A DNA stretch of 64,000 nt from a virus. Made by a program: the position numbers and the translations under genes. Of the stretch, positions 43,501 to 52,684 are shown one piece after another. The notes beneath the pieces are model-generated. The model did no database searches and had not been told where the DNA came from. It saw only the letters and a list, made by a program, of their open reading frames with translations. Numbering within the stretch: the stretch's first letter is position 1; the number at the start of each line of letters is the position of its first letter. Location of the stretch: IMG/VR virus record IMGVR_UViG_3300037510_000387. One strand, 5' to 3'.

Positions 43501-45584
43501 TCAGGACCCAAAACAGCAATAGCGCGATCGGAGGTCAGGGGCCCAGATGCATGATCGCCAGCACCAAGAGCACCGGGAATGCCCTCAATGCCCTCTGCTG
43601 TTACTGGGAATGGGCGACCGATCGCACCGATTCGCGCTAGCTCGTACTGCGGCACGGGCGGCTCCGGCCCAATGTCCGGATTGTGTAGGTCAAAAAACTT
43701 CTGTTCCAGCTCTGGTGATACCCCGAATCGCTCGACATGCTCGGGGTCCATGCCGTTCTTTTCGAGCCATGCCGTGTAGGCTCGGGCCTCGCCGTCACTC
43801 CTGATCCCACCAGTGGGCACGATCGATTCGTCGTTGAAGGCGTTGGCGTATTCGCGCTTCGACAGCGGGACCAACGCACCATCGACAGCCCCACCACTAA
43901 TCTCAGGCGCTGGGCGTGACACCCCTCGCGGCACCGGCTGCGCTGCTCTGCCGTACACGTCCCCAGCGCGAACCGCGTATCGCTCGGCCTCGGCAGTTCC
44001 CAGCTCCTGTCCACGAGCCCCTTGCGCGACGTGAACAATCTCGTGCATCATCGTGCCCAGATCCGAGCCGGGGGGCAATGACAGCGTTCCTGTCTCCGGC
44101 TCAAAGTACGCCGGTTCCGGCCCGACCTTGATCCTCGTGACGCCGGACGAAATCGAAGGGTAGCGAGTCGATGCGGCATTCCACAACGCCTCGGTTTGGG
44201 CCAGATCGGCATCGGTTGCACCGTGCCCGAGCACAGTCGGCGGCATCGGCAACGGGTCGCGCTCAAGGGTGCGAGGACGTGGAGAGGGTGTCGTGGGCTC
44301 GTCAAGAGCGATCGATGAGCCACCATCTTCCCCGGGGTATTGGCGCCACGGCCGACCCGTGAGGCTGCGCAGGGTGTCGGGGATCGTGCCTTTCCAGGTC
44401 GGTTCGGCCACGTTGATCGGGTTGGCGTCGCGGTAGATCAGAGGCTTGCGCGGAACAGCAAGGTCACGGGCCAGCTTGCCCTGGGCAATTTCGGACGGGG
44501 CTGATCCACGGCCGAACTCCCGCGTCACGAAGCCCGAACCATCCTCGATCACACGGGCCCCACCTTGGGCCTCCAGCTCAGCCACGCGTTGGGCTGCCGG
44601 CGACAATGCCTTAGCGCCACGCAAGCCCTCGACCAGCTCGGCCGGCCCTACCCAATTGACCGGATTGCCCACCTCGCCCAGCGCGGCTTGTCCGGTTTCG
44701 GTTCCGGCGGCGGCAAGCGGCGAGTCCCCGGCGCGAATCGAGGCATCGAGCAGGCGCTCACGGGCCGGGTCCACAACATCGCGCTGGATCAGGTCGGTGC
44801 CTTGGCCTGTTGGATCAGCCGCCCAATCCCGCAAAAATTCGCCACGGAACCCCTCGCCCGCTGGGCGCCCACTCCCGATATTTTGGGCTTCGGCAACGAG
44901 CGCCGGGACTGCGCCATGAGCCGTTCTTGAGGCAAGTCCCACAGCACTGCCCACTGAGCCCGCAACACGCGCGGGAATGCCGCGAAGGAACTCACGCGAG
45001 GCGTCGACCTGGGCATCGAGATCAGCGTAGGGATCGGGTGGTGCCGCGGCGGACATGTCGCCTGACTTGTGATGCTTGAGGTAGCGTTCGCCGGTTTGGG
45101 GGTTTTCGTAGTACATGCCCCGGTCGGCGAATCCGGCCTGGGACATGGCGTCGGCGCCACCAGCCTCGACCTCGCCGAGTTGGGCGTTGCGGGCGTATTT
45201 CGACCAGTCCTCCGGGTTGTCTGAGCCCGTGACCGATCGCCAATAGTCCTCGGAACGGTGCAGGGGCGGCGGCTGAGGACCCGCATTCGGTGGCATGGAA
45301 ACGACGGCCGGATGGCGAGCAGCGGCACCGGATAGGTCAATGGTGCTAGGGTAAGCAGCAGCGCGGTCGGTCTCGCGCTGCAAATGAGAAAGGTCGAACG
45401 ACGATGGAACCTGGCGCGCGGTCGAGTCAACGCCACCCTCGACATCCGAGAAATCAGGGCCCACAGCGTGCTCGTGATGCGTGCCCGCGCGAGCCCGAGC
45501 AATCGCAGCGCGGATCACGTCCTCGGCCGTCCCATCCGGGAACTGCAACAGCTGTCCGGTTTCGTCGTCGGTGATCGAGATCAC
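40578..45584 (-). CDS. large polyvalent/DNA-ejection virion protein with zincin-like HExxH domain and LPD38-like C-terminus
   Basis: 1668 aa; GTMMHEIVH; C-terminal GRITGAAPKD..ERAAF...QPWSIR...WVPY...QP; position after the smaller ejection genes. Confidence 0.75.
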   Translation of the reverse strand: MISITDDETGQLLQFPDGTAEDVIRAAIARARAGTHHEHAVGPDFSDVEGGVDSTARQVPSSFDLSHLQRETDRAAAYPSTIDLSGAAARHPAVVSMPPNAGPQPPPLHRSEDYWRSVTGSDNPEDWSKYARNAQLGEVEAGGADAMSQAGFADRGMYYENPQTGERYLKHHKSGDMSAAAPPDPYADLDAQVDASREFLRGIPARVAGSVGSAVGLASRTAHGAVPALVAEAQNIGSGRPAGEGFRGEFLRDWAADPTGQGTDLIQRDVVDPARERLLDASIRAGDSPLAAAGTETGQAALGEVGNPVNWVGPAELVEGLRGAKALSPAAQRVAELEAQGGARVIEDGSGFVTREFGRGSAPSEIAQGKLARDLAVPRKPLIYRDANPINVAEPTWKGTIPDTLRSLTGRPWRQYPGEDGGSSIALDEPTTPSPRPRTLERDPLPMPPTVLGHGATDADLAQTEALWNAASTRYPSISSGVTRIKVGPEPAYFEPETGTLSLPPGSDLGTMMHEIVHVAQGARGQELGTAEAERYAVRAGDVYGRAAQPVPRGVSRPAPEISGGAVDGALVPLSKREYANAFNDESIVPTGGIRSDGEARAYTAWLEKNGMDPEHVERFGVSPELEQKFFDLHNPDIGPEPPVPQYELARIGAIGRPFPVTAEGIEGIPGALGAGDHASGPLTSDRAIAVLGPEQGAEFNALNRQLAGFPRRGGSPEDASIAAAKERALSRMEELTAPLSRRESDFLFEADGIGEGPTWHPPNYLDPDSVPVANYGRGAMDQVQMGPDGIVRETGPEAANSNVPPVSPGPRRLYASGPPPAPVLPPLTEPEIAKAMGWDVPPGSPRAISDPIRTANFQTNLAAQLGGGPESDRAAQYIVDNSDDVFRKIGPPQSWDTVEDMAARSGTTPEQFLHDNPRWNTLPPEERLRLTYVIKGNERAIGDLQSKLVAGTATPEEQAELLRRIDTASDLIKIGAKAGSDYGRALNTLKIEARLALGDDQLLKQRLYRMYADQLDKQKPLMDSLARLNPGDPEELQAFLRSVNKPKFREFVHEYWVNSILATPIPFERKVIGDTLMMLGENGFVRPLSAVWDAARTMGGGAAANAEREVFLRETPAAFTGLGRGIREGFRRGLQVIQRGYDPRLAEGTPLFIPRSAFARAQSPFVRNVVGPIVTMPTRVISAATTIARTMNFTAELYAQAARIASKEELAALRAGATGAFDVSGRIATLIKNPTDEMLQAADRFAGRATFTDQTSAIGQGITRLRDLPGVTSSNPVGNAALETYRAASGFMLPFVHIADRLMVRGFEYTPFNFANAAGQRMAGNYAESAAQAARASIGSMVMAYAASMAMEGRITGAAPKDEGERAAFYGANKQPWSIRTDDGRWVPYGHMQPIAMPLALTAAFYEGWKENPDDDLMGKITDGAVQVGTHITDQSYLLALSKLMDVLHGGEQGRAGRAGSDLAASTTWGLVPYSGLVRTIAKAVDPRVVDARSFSDRLTQNMPVASLGLNGKLDPWGEEVVPAGGRLRTVLASGTALLPTQEHTNPLDQELDRLGMPLGYVGNNVTDHKKKVKLTDDEHFLYQQMAGRASKLLLQELFAREGYGDLDTEQQRDEATKAIGAARKFARIVVLRYHNGAENYPGLNPSLGVVNWVNETGTGQGSGPGR

Positions 45585-46714
45585 GGCTGATCGTCCTCAC
45601 CATCGTCGGCGGGCTGGGGAATGAACCGGCCATCTTTCGTGAAGCGCAGGGCGGTTTGGGCTTGGCCCTGGACCTCATCCGTTGCCTCTTTCATGGCCTG
45701 TTGGCGCCACTGCTCTTTGAGCGCCGGGGTCGGTGGACGGAACGACTTTTGGCGATAGGCTTGTTCCGCCGCCCTCATTTTGGCGTCGACCTTTTTCTGG
45801 ATCGAGGCGTAGATTTTGCTCGGTGGGATGTTGGTGACACCACGACCGACCGCCGCACGCTGTTGGGCGATGGTCAGACGTTGCTGCTCGATGTCAAGCT
45901 GGCGCTTGCGGAACCCGGCTTCATCGGCAGGGTTCGTGACCACCCCAGCTTGGATTTCGGCCTTTTTGCCCGCAATCAGGTCGTCCGTTTGCTGCTTGGC
46001 GTCCTGGGCATGGAACGCCTGCCCAAGCAGCTGCTGGTGCAAAGCGGCCAGTTTGTTGAGATCACTCGAATCCCCCAGGTCATAGGCATCCACCTCACTC
46101 GCCATTGCCTGGAGCCTTGGGTCTGCCGGATTCGCTTGTGCCACGGCCTTGATGTTCGACACCATTTTGTGGGCAGCGGCAGTGGTGGCAGCGGCAGTCG
46201 CGGCGTCGTCCTCGGCTTTTTGCTGTGCGCTCGTCATTTTGGCCTGGTTCATCGTGTACTCTTGGTCCGAGGCACGGTGGCGATCGCGGGCTTCGTCGGC
46301 AGCACGCTCATCGGCCGTCTGCTGGTGCTGGATCTGCCAGTTTTGGACGGCCTCCTGCCGGGCCTTGTCCATTTCGCCGCCGAACGCCTGCGAGAACCCT
46401 TCGGCGCCCTCGCCAAGACCTGCCGCCAATCCCCCACGATCGGCAGCGTGCTTGAGCATTGCGGCTCCGAATGCCGTGAGCCCGGCACCGAGCGCATGGC
46501 GGCGTGCGTTAGGGTCAATAGCGATTGGCGATCCGGAACCGGTGCCATGAAGCGTCGTTGGCGCGTTGCCCAAGTCCCACGGTTCGGTGGCGTAGTTGCT
46601 GGCGCCATCGGCGTTGACGTCTGGCTGCATGCTGTCCCACGGCGAACGCATCGTGACGCCCGGCGCCTTGTTGAGGCCCAGCATGTACATGTAGCCGCTC
46701 ATGTAGGGAAACAT
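45581..46714 (-). CDS. putative DNA-ejection (internal virion) protein
   Basis: Gly/Ala-rich N-terminus, long A/Q/D coiled coil; podovirus gene order. Confidence 0.7.
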   Translation of the reverse strand: MFPYMSGYMYMLGLNKAPGVTMRSPWDSMQPDVNADGASNYATEPWDLGNAPTTLHGTGSGSPIAIDPNARRHALGAGLTAFGAAMLKHAADRGGLAAGLGEGAEGFSQAFGGEMDKARQEAVQNWQIQHQQTADERAADEARDRHRASDQEYTMNQAKMTSAQQKAEDDAATAAATTAAAHKMVSNIKAVAQANPADPRLQAMASEVDAYDLGDSSDLNKLAALHQQLLGQAFHAQDAKQQTDDLIAGKKAEIQAGVVTNPADEAGFRKRQLDIEQQRLTIAQQRAAVGRGVTNIPPSKIYASIQKKVDAKMRAAEQAYRQKSFRPPTPALKEQWRQQAMKEATDEVQGQAQTALRFTKDGRFIPQPADDGEDDQP

Positions 46715-46720
46715 TACGAA

Positions 46721-48625
46721 TTACCCTCCGGCGTTCCGGTACTGGTTGTAGAGTCCATACCCCGTAGCCGCACCACCGATCGCGCCTTGAACAGCCGCGC
46801 CAGTTGGCGAAATCCCAAGCCCAGGCTGGACGTTCACGCCCGCAGTGTGTGACGTTCCGCCCATTCCGCCGATCCCCAGGATCGTTTGCAGGTACGAGTT
46901 GACTGCGCCCTGCTGCTGAGTTGCGTTGAAAATACCTGCCTGCTGGTTCAACGCCGCACGCTGTGCTCCAGCCCCAATCTGCGCCTCCCTCAACCCCAGA
47001 TCCTGACCACGCATTGTAACATCGTTGCCAGCCGCGCCCAACGCCGTGTTGAGCCCCGACAAGCCGATCCCCTCCAACCCAGGCACCATGCCCAACGACC
47101 CCAGTCGATCCGACGAGAGCTGTTGGCCCAATCCTCCCAACTGCCCAACGCCAAACTGCTCGTTTTGCATTAGGGACTGGATGGCGTTGAGATCCTGACT
47201 GCGCTGGGCAAGAGCGAGCTGGGCAGCAGTTCCGGCCCCGGCGGCCGATGCAGCGGTCGCCGCGTTAGCCCGTGAGGTGTTTGCGTCGAGCAGGCCAAGA
47301 TCGCGCTGGTTGACAAGCCCCAAGGCCTGGAGCTTGGCGGCGGTGCGCTGAGACCGATCGGCGAGCCGCACGTTGGCCGAGTTCGCAAGCATAGCCTGGT
47401 CCGCGGTGCGCCGAGCGTCGTTCCCCACGGATTTCCAGGTGTCACCCCCGAGTCTGCCCGATCCTTGGCTGGCCGCGTCGAGCTGGTTCAAGTCAGCGTA
47501 CATGCCCCGTTTGGCGTCCTCGTTCATCGAGTCGATCACGGTTTGCAGATCGGCCGCGTTGGTCGGATCGTCGAACAGCTTTCGGGTCTGATCGCCGAAA
47601 AAAGACGACGGGACCATCGTGTCGGGGACACCCCCATAGCCCCCTTGGCCGCCAGAGCCAGAGCCATATCCGCCTGCCGAGGCCGCTGCTGCTCCGTAAC
47701 CCGGTTGGCCATAGGCGACGTTGGGAGACCAGGTCGCGGGTTGCCCGTTGCCCTGCCCAACGCCCGAGCCGGCCGAGCGTCCGTCCTCGCCCAGGAAATT
47801 GAGTAAGAGGTCGCGGGCCTCGCCGTTCGAGGTGTCGACGTTGCCCTCCAGGGTACCCGTCAGCCGGTCGAGAATGGGGTTGTAGCCCTCGTAGCCGGTC
47901 TGCTCGGTCGAGCCGGTGCCGGAAGAGCCTCCGGGGGTGCCCGCCGCGCCCCAGATGTTGGCCATCAGGTTGCGGGCACCGGTCTGGGTTGTGGTGTTCC
48001 CCGCGGCGAGGCCCCGCTGGGCGACCGCGGCCGAGATCGAGCGCGGATCGTTGAAGTCCGTCGCGGGAGCCCCCCCTGAGCCGGTACCGGTACCACCGCC
48101 AGGGCCTGTGCCCTGCCCGCCACCTTGGCCCGTGTAGGGGACGACCTTGCCGCCGGCCCCCAGGGTCATCGTCTGGCCCTTGGCATTGACCCAGGTTGCG
48201 GGGCCTTTGCCGCCTCGCGAAGGAGCAGGAGCGCCGCCCCCGCCGCGAGCCGTGCTGGGAGTGTACAGGTTGAGCGAGCTGGTCGGGTTGGTAGAGGAAT
48301 CGGCCGTGGGCAACGGCGCGTAGTAGAGGTTGCCGTGCGAGTCGATCTGGGGAGCGCCCTGGAGCGCCATGCCGCGTTGATAGGCAAGTACCGACCCGAT
48401 GTCCGGGAACAGAGTCGAATCGAGATAGGGAGTTTGCTGGGTGGTCTGGTCCGTGGAGCCCGCGCGAGGCTTGTTGGCGGCATTGGCCTGCTGATGGGCG
48501 GAATAGGCCCCGACGATCGCGGTGCCGGCACCGACAGCGATAGCGGCCCACGTCGAGCGCGAGTGGACGTTATCGGAGAGGGCCGCCGAACGACGCCACT
48601 GCCGGGCGATGTGGGTCTTTTTCAC
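46721..48625 (-). CDS. putative DNA-ejection/pilot protein
   Basis: N-proximal hydrophobic WAAIAVGAGTAIVGAYSA; Gly/Gln-rich; C-terminal GAAVQGAIGGAATGYGLY. Confidence 0.7.
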   Translation of the reverse strand: MKKTHIARQWRRSAALSDNVHSRSTWAAIAVGAGTAIVGAYSAHQQANAANKPRAGSTDQTTQQTPYLDSTLFPDIGSVLAYQRGMALQGAPQIDSHGNLYYAPLPTADSSTNPTSSLNLYTPSTARGGGGAPAPSRGGKGPATWVNAKGQTMTLGAGGKVVPYTGQGGGQGTGPGGGTGTGSGGAPATDFNDPRSISAAVAQRGLAAGNTTTQTGARNLMANIWGAAGTPGGSSGTGSTEQTGYEGYNPILDRLTGTLEGNVDTSNGEARDLLLNFLGEDGRSAGSGVGQGNGQPATWSPNVAYGQPGYGAAAASAGGYGSGSGGQGGYGGVPDTMVPSSFFGDQTRKLFDDPTNAADLQTVIDSMNEDAKRGMYADLNQLDAASQGSGRLGGDTWKSVGNDARRTADQAMLANSANVRLADRSQRTAAKLQALGLVNQRDLGLLDANTSRANAATAASAAGAGTAAQLALAQRSQDLNAIQSLMQNEQFGVGQLGGLGQQLSSDRLGSLGMVPGLEGIGLSGLNTALGAAGNDVTMRGQDLGLREAQIGAGAQRAALNQQAGIFNATQQQGAVNSYLQTILGIGGMGGTSHTAGVNVQPGLGISPTGAAVQGAIGGAATGYGLYNQYRNAGG

Positions 48626-49200
48626 TTGGCCGTCTCCTTGGGACCATTGGAATCTTGTGGGCCAGGTGTGCTGAGCAACCCGGCCGACTTGGCCTCTTCC
48701 AACTGTGCGAGGTACAAGTCGCGCATTGTCATGCCGCCAGGCAACTCACGCCGTTCGATGATTCGCTCGCCGATGGCCGCGACACGATCGGCTGGATCAT
48801 CAATGGCGTCCTCTTCTGGCGTCGTCGGATGGTACGTAGCCCATACGCAGTCTTCGTGAACGTACAGGACGCGACGGGTCCCGGGCTTCGTGATCCCAAA
48901 GTACGGCGCGCGAATGTGTTCGACTCCTACGCCCGGGATGTATACGGATACGGACCCGGCCACGATAACGTACTGATGCTCGGTGTTGTGGATCAGAGAC
49001 GTGGCGAGGGTGCCGGCTGGCATGAGAATGGTGCGGCGATACACGCCGGGCGTGAACGTGTGCGCGAGGGGCAGATCGATGGCCTGACCCGACTCCAGCA
49101 TTCGCGATTCGAGATCGTCGATACGAGCGTGCTCGTGTGGCGTGATCTCTTGGGCAGCAGAAGTGTCGATGGGGTCAGTGTGTGTGTTGTGTGTGTCCAT
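48622..49200 (-). CDS. cupin-fold protein
   Basis: HTFTPGVYRRTILMPAGT...IHNTEHQYVIVAG...PGTRRVLYVHEDCVWATYH. Confidence 0.7.
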   Translation of the reverse strand: MDTHNTHTDPIDTSAAQEITPHEHARIDDLESRMLESGQAIDLPLAHTFTPGVYRRTILMPAGTLATSLIHNTEHQYVIVAGSVSVYIPGVGVEHIRAPYFGITKPGTRRVLYVHEDCVWATYHPTTPEEDAIDDPADRVAAIGERIIERRELPGGMTMRDLYLAQLEEAKSAGLLSTPGPQDSNGPKETAK

Positions 49201-49202
49201 GC

Positions 49203-49781
49203 CTAGTGCCCCGCAGCCGGAATGTAGATCAGTCGATAGGCGAATATGTAAACGTCGCCCGCATAGGTATCCGTGCCCAGGTCTTTGCGCCGACCGATGT
49301 TGATGCCGATCTCAACGATGCTGCTGTCGACGGCCCAAGGCTGCGAAAAGGTTGTCTGCACAGGACCGTTGACGACGGCAGGACCAGGGGTCACGAGGGC
49401 GAACGTTGACTGGACAGGCGCAGCACCCAATGTGGCGGTTGATATCGTGATGTTCCATTGGACGTTGGTGATCGTGCTGGCTGCCGTGCCGGTCCACGAA
49501 ACCAGAACCTGGAGCTGGCCCTTGACCCAAAAGTCGGCTGGCGGCATGAACGCACCGCGAGCGGACTGGTTGGTGGCAGAGGCTGCCGGAAGCACGACGC
49601 CCCCCTTGGGGCCGATGCTGCCGACCACGGCGCCGCCTCCAGGCTGGAGCCCAGCAGCCGAGAACCGCGGGCGATACAGGAGGTCGTCGAGAGCGTTCTC
49701 GATGATTCCCTGGTTGAGCTGGACCGAGCGTGGGTCTGTCTGCTCTCGTCTCATGCCTTGCACGACGACACCTCCCGACAC
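49203..49781 (-). CDS. putative tail protein
   Basis: GGGGTG RBS; short helix then a beta-sandwich-like domain; located in the tail module. Confidence 0.6.
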   Translation of the reverse strand: MSGGVVVQGMRREQTDPRSVQLNQGIIENALDDLLYRPRFSAAGLQPGGGAVVGSIGPKGGVVLPAASATNQSARGAFMPPADFWVKGQLQVLVSWTGTAASTITNVQWNITISTATLGAAPVQSTFALVTPGPAVVNGPVQTTFSQPWAVDSSIVEIGINIGRRKDLGTDTYAGDVYIFAYRLIYIPAAGH

Positions 49782-49876
49782 CCCTTTTCGCGCGCCACGG
49801 TGTCCGATAGAATCAGCGAGATGGCGCGGCCCGGCAATGAAGCTAGGAACGCTTGCTGTACGATAGGAGATATCTT

Positions 49877-50377
49877 ATGCGATTCACCCTGCAACGTACG
49901 AAGTTGGTTTCGTGTTTGATGGTTCTGGTTTTTGGATTCTTGCTCTCTCGTCCCGGGGCTGCTCAGCAGCAGGCCCCACGACACCGGCCCGTATTCGCCA
50001 GTCGCGAGGCGGTCGAGATGGACGCGGCTCGACGACTTTCTCGTCAACCCTCCTACCTCAAGGCCCAAGGCCCGACCAGCTCCAACACGGTCACCTATGA
50101 AGGCAACGTCGCCCAAAACTTCCTCTCGGGAACCTATGGTGCAGTGCTGGTGGATCTCGGGCTGTTCCGGTTCGAGTGTGACAACGGGGCGTATACGCTC
50201 GGATGTGCCTACGTTAGCCCCGGGGATCACGTTCTGATCTACGGCCACCTGCGCACCTACTTGAGCTGCCGACACGACGCCACGGATGACGAGGTCGTGG
50301 TCAACCTGATCTACAAACGAGTCACAGTACCGTGCGGAGATCTTATTTGCACAACCTGGACCCTGCTGACCCAGTAG
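49877..50377 (+). CDS. secreted cysteine-containing protein (antisense moron)
   Basis: AGGAG RBS; Sec signal ending PGAA; five Cys; fills the gap between two tail genes on the opposite strand. Confidence 0.7.
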   Translation: MRFTLQRTKLVSCLMVLVFGFLLSRPGAAQQQAPRHRPVFASREAVEMDAARRLSRQPSYLKAQGPTSSNTVTYEGNVAQNFLSGTYGAVLVDLGLFRFECDNGAYTLGCAYVSPGDHVLIYGHLRTYLSCRHDATDDEVVVNLIYKRVTVPCGDLICTTWTLLTQ

Positions 50378-50414
50378 CACGCCGACCAGTCCAACCAGTG
50401 CCCAGGCCCACAAC

Positions 50415-51995
50415 TCACGCCGCATAAGCACCTCCCGTAGCAATCTCAACCTCCAGACCGGCGATCTCGGCTATACGGCTCGGGATCGCCAGCAAGGTCA
50501 GCTTGATACGATGAAAGTCCGCGAACAGCGTATCGGGCGTTGAGATCCAACCGTGAGTGTCTAGCGGTGCCATGTAGGTCTGGACTGCTGGCGTCTCGAA
50601 CGGCTTGTTCTTCGAGCGAATCTCGATTGTGGCAGTAGGTAGGATCGAATTGTCTACCATTGAGTAAATTGGCCGCACACGGGTAACTCGCGTTGTTACA
50701 TCTTCGTCGAACTGCATATAGCCTTTTTCAAGCACGCACGAGACCGATGAGGCCGAACGATACGGCACCCCCAAATAGTAAACATTACCGGTGCTAAAAT
50801 CACCGCATAGGGCCACAAGGTCACGCCCCGGGCACCAGCCACTGGTCTGCTCTGGCCGAGTTTGCAGAAACAGGGCGCCGAACGCCTTGTCGAGAGCACC
50901 GTCAAACCTGGGGGTCTCGAACGAGAACCTGTCAGTGTCCACGTCATAGATCAGGATTGGAGTTTCAGTGGCGGCCGGGTACGACCACCAGATATGACGG
51001 TTGAGGTGGTCCGCAGCGACAGAAATATTGAAAGTGTCGGCTCCGGAGTACACGCCCGCGGCAAATGCTGAATCGAACGAGAAGTCGGTCAGGGTGTGGG
51101 CCAATTTGCCCTTCGTGATCGGAATCGCAGGACCTTCTCCGCCGCGGAACACCATTGGACCCGAGGGTCCCCAGAAGTAGACGTCATCATCGAACCGTAC
51201 GATACCATTCGGGCAAAGGTTGCCGACTCCCTGGGAAATCGGTCGGAAAGTGTAAGGTGGCCCATCGATCCGGGCCCAGCCACGTTGCATTGAGACCAGT
51301 CCGTACTGGCCACCGATTCCGCCCGTAATCGCTCCCAAGTCGTAAAGCAGGGGCTGGTAGCCAGTGCCCGTGAGCTGCGGCGTCACGTTGAACGAGCCGT
51401 ACTGTCGGATGTTGTCGGTTTGTGACCAACAAACAGTGGTTGGATTAGCACCAGAGGACAACCCATCGAACCCGGAGGCCAGGTTGAGATAGGCGAGGAA
51501 CATGTTGTTACGGACAGGGAAGGCGAACTTGGCTTTCGGGTCCATGCCGGGGTTACCGGAGCCCGACTGCGCCAACTTGACAAAATTGGCCGCGGCGGGT
51601 GACGTCAGAAGCTGAGGATCGTCCGCATAATTCGTCATCAGCACAGCACCGCCGAATGAGGCCCCTACCCACTGATCGAGCGTGTAGGGGCCGCCGGCCG
51701 CACGAGTTTTGGCCGCGACCGTCCAGGCAGCGATGTTCGTGTTCGAGGCTTCATAGAGATCGGTGGTGTTGCCCCAATAACCATACCAAGTGTTGCCCGA
51801 CGTGCTTGCATGGGCATGGAGTCCACGGGGAAGATTGACAAGAGCAGTGGTGTGCGCGAGCCATGTCTGCGACGGAATGTAGGTATCACCGATCGGCGCC
51901 ACGTTCACGGCCTGGGAAAGACCATCATTGTTGAACTCCCGTGCATCTGGCGAAAGCTCACCGAACGGGATGAAGATGCGTTTAGTGCTGGGCAT
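50415..51995 (-). CDS. tail hub/stabilisation protein (P22 gp10 / T7 tubular-B-like)
   Basis: 526 aa with beta-propeller-like repeats (VCWSQTDN, GIVRFDDDVYFWGPSG, IWWSYP, LIYDV). Confidence 0.75.
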   Translation of the reverse strand: MPSTKRIFIPFGELSPDAREFNNDGLSQAVNVAPIGDTYIPSQTWLAHTTALVNLPRGLHAHASTSGNTWYGYWGNTTDLYEASNTNIAAWTVAAKTRAAGGPYTLDQWVGASFGGAVLMTNYADDPQLLTSPAAANFVKLAQSGSGNPGMDPKAKFAFPVRNNMFLAYLNLASGFDGLSSGANPTTVCWSQTDNIRQYGSFNVTPQLTGTGYQPLLYDLGAITGGIGGQYGLVSMQRGWARIDGPPYTFRPISQGVGNLCPNGIVRFDDDVYFWGPSGPMVFRGGEGPAIPITKGKLAHTLTDFSFDSAFAAGVYSGADTFNISVAADHLNRHIWWSYPAATETPILIYDVDTDRFSFETPRFDGALDKAFGALFLQTRPEQTSGWCPGRDLVALCGDFSTGNVYYLGVPYRSASSVSCVLEKGYMQFDEDVTTRVTRVRPIYSMVDNSILPTATIEIRSKNKPFETPAVQTYMAPLDTHGWISTPDTLFADFHRIKLTLLAIPSRIAEIAGLEVEIATGGAYAA

Positions 51996-52001
51996 GATTG
52001 C

Positions 52002-52259
52002 TCACTTCCCGTGCGTCAGCCACCAGATCAAAGCTGCTAGTGCGGACGGCACCAGGCCAGCGATTGCGCCCCAGATCCCCGCTTTTTGTTTGAGCAGGGC
52101 GATCTCTACCTTCACATTAGCGATGTCGTCGGCCCGAAACGCATCCATCTTCCGCTCCAGATCCTGCACCTGCGTGCATACCCTCGTGAGTTGATCGAGC
52201 ACGAGCAGCTTGTACTCGTTCCACCCCGGCGTCGGAGGCCCTCCCAGGTCAGTGCTCAC
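52002..52259 (-). CDS. holin-like / XhlA-like coiled-coil + C-terminal TM protein
   Basis: coiled coil then GIWGAIAGLVPSALAALIWWL; GTGA overlap with the PAS gene. Confidence 0.6.
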   Translation of the reverse strand: MSTDLGGPPTPGWNEYKLLVLDQLTRVCTQVQDLERKMDAFRADDIANVKVEIALLKQKAGIWGAIAGLVPSALAALIWWLTHGK

Positions 52260-52684
52260 TGTGGCGTGTCCCTCTTGCGCCAAACGACCGCTGACGTAAT
52301 AAGCCCGGCCGTGGTCATGCGCGGCGACAGGGTAATTTCGACAGGGACCTCCTTGCCGTTCTTTTGCCTCGCGGTTAAGGACATGCCAATGCCCATCGGA
52401 CGCTTTCGCGGGTCGTCGGCATAGCGAGCCCGGTGCCCGGCGTGAGCCGCACGAGCCGATTCAGGAACGAGCATCTCGACCGGCTGGCCGATTACCTCGG
52501 ATCGCGGATAGCCAAACAACAGCTCGGACGCGGCGTTGAAATATACGACGTGTCCGGCCTCGTCTACGGCCAGAAACGGCACCGGTAGATCCTCAAGCCA
52601 ACCAGCAACGATCTCAGGCCCGATCAGGTCTTGAGTCAGCTCGCGAAGGCGCTCCAGGCCGGCAGGGGTAGATTCGTCAGTCAA
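52256..52684 (-). CDS. stand-alone PAS-domain protein
   Basis: GGAGG RBS and TTG start; PFLAVDEAGHVVYFNAASELLFGY..SEVIGQPVEMLVP...H..HR..Y...P..RPMGIG..L.A..KNG.EVPVEITLS. Confidence 0.9.
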   Translation of the reverse strand: MTDESTPAGLERLRELTQDLIGPEIVAGWLEDLPVPFLAVDEAGHVVYFNAASELLFGYPRSEVIGQPVEMLVPESARAAHAGHRARYADDPRKRPMGIGMSLTARQKNGKEVPVEITLSPRMTTAGLITSAVVWRKRDTPQ

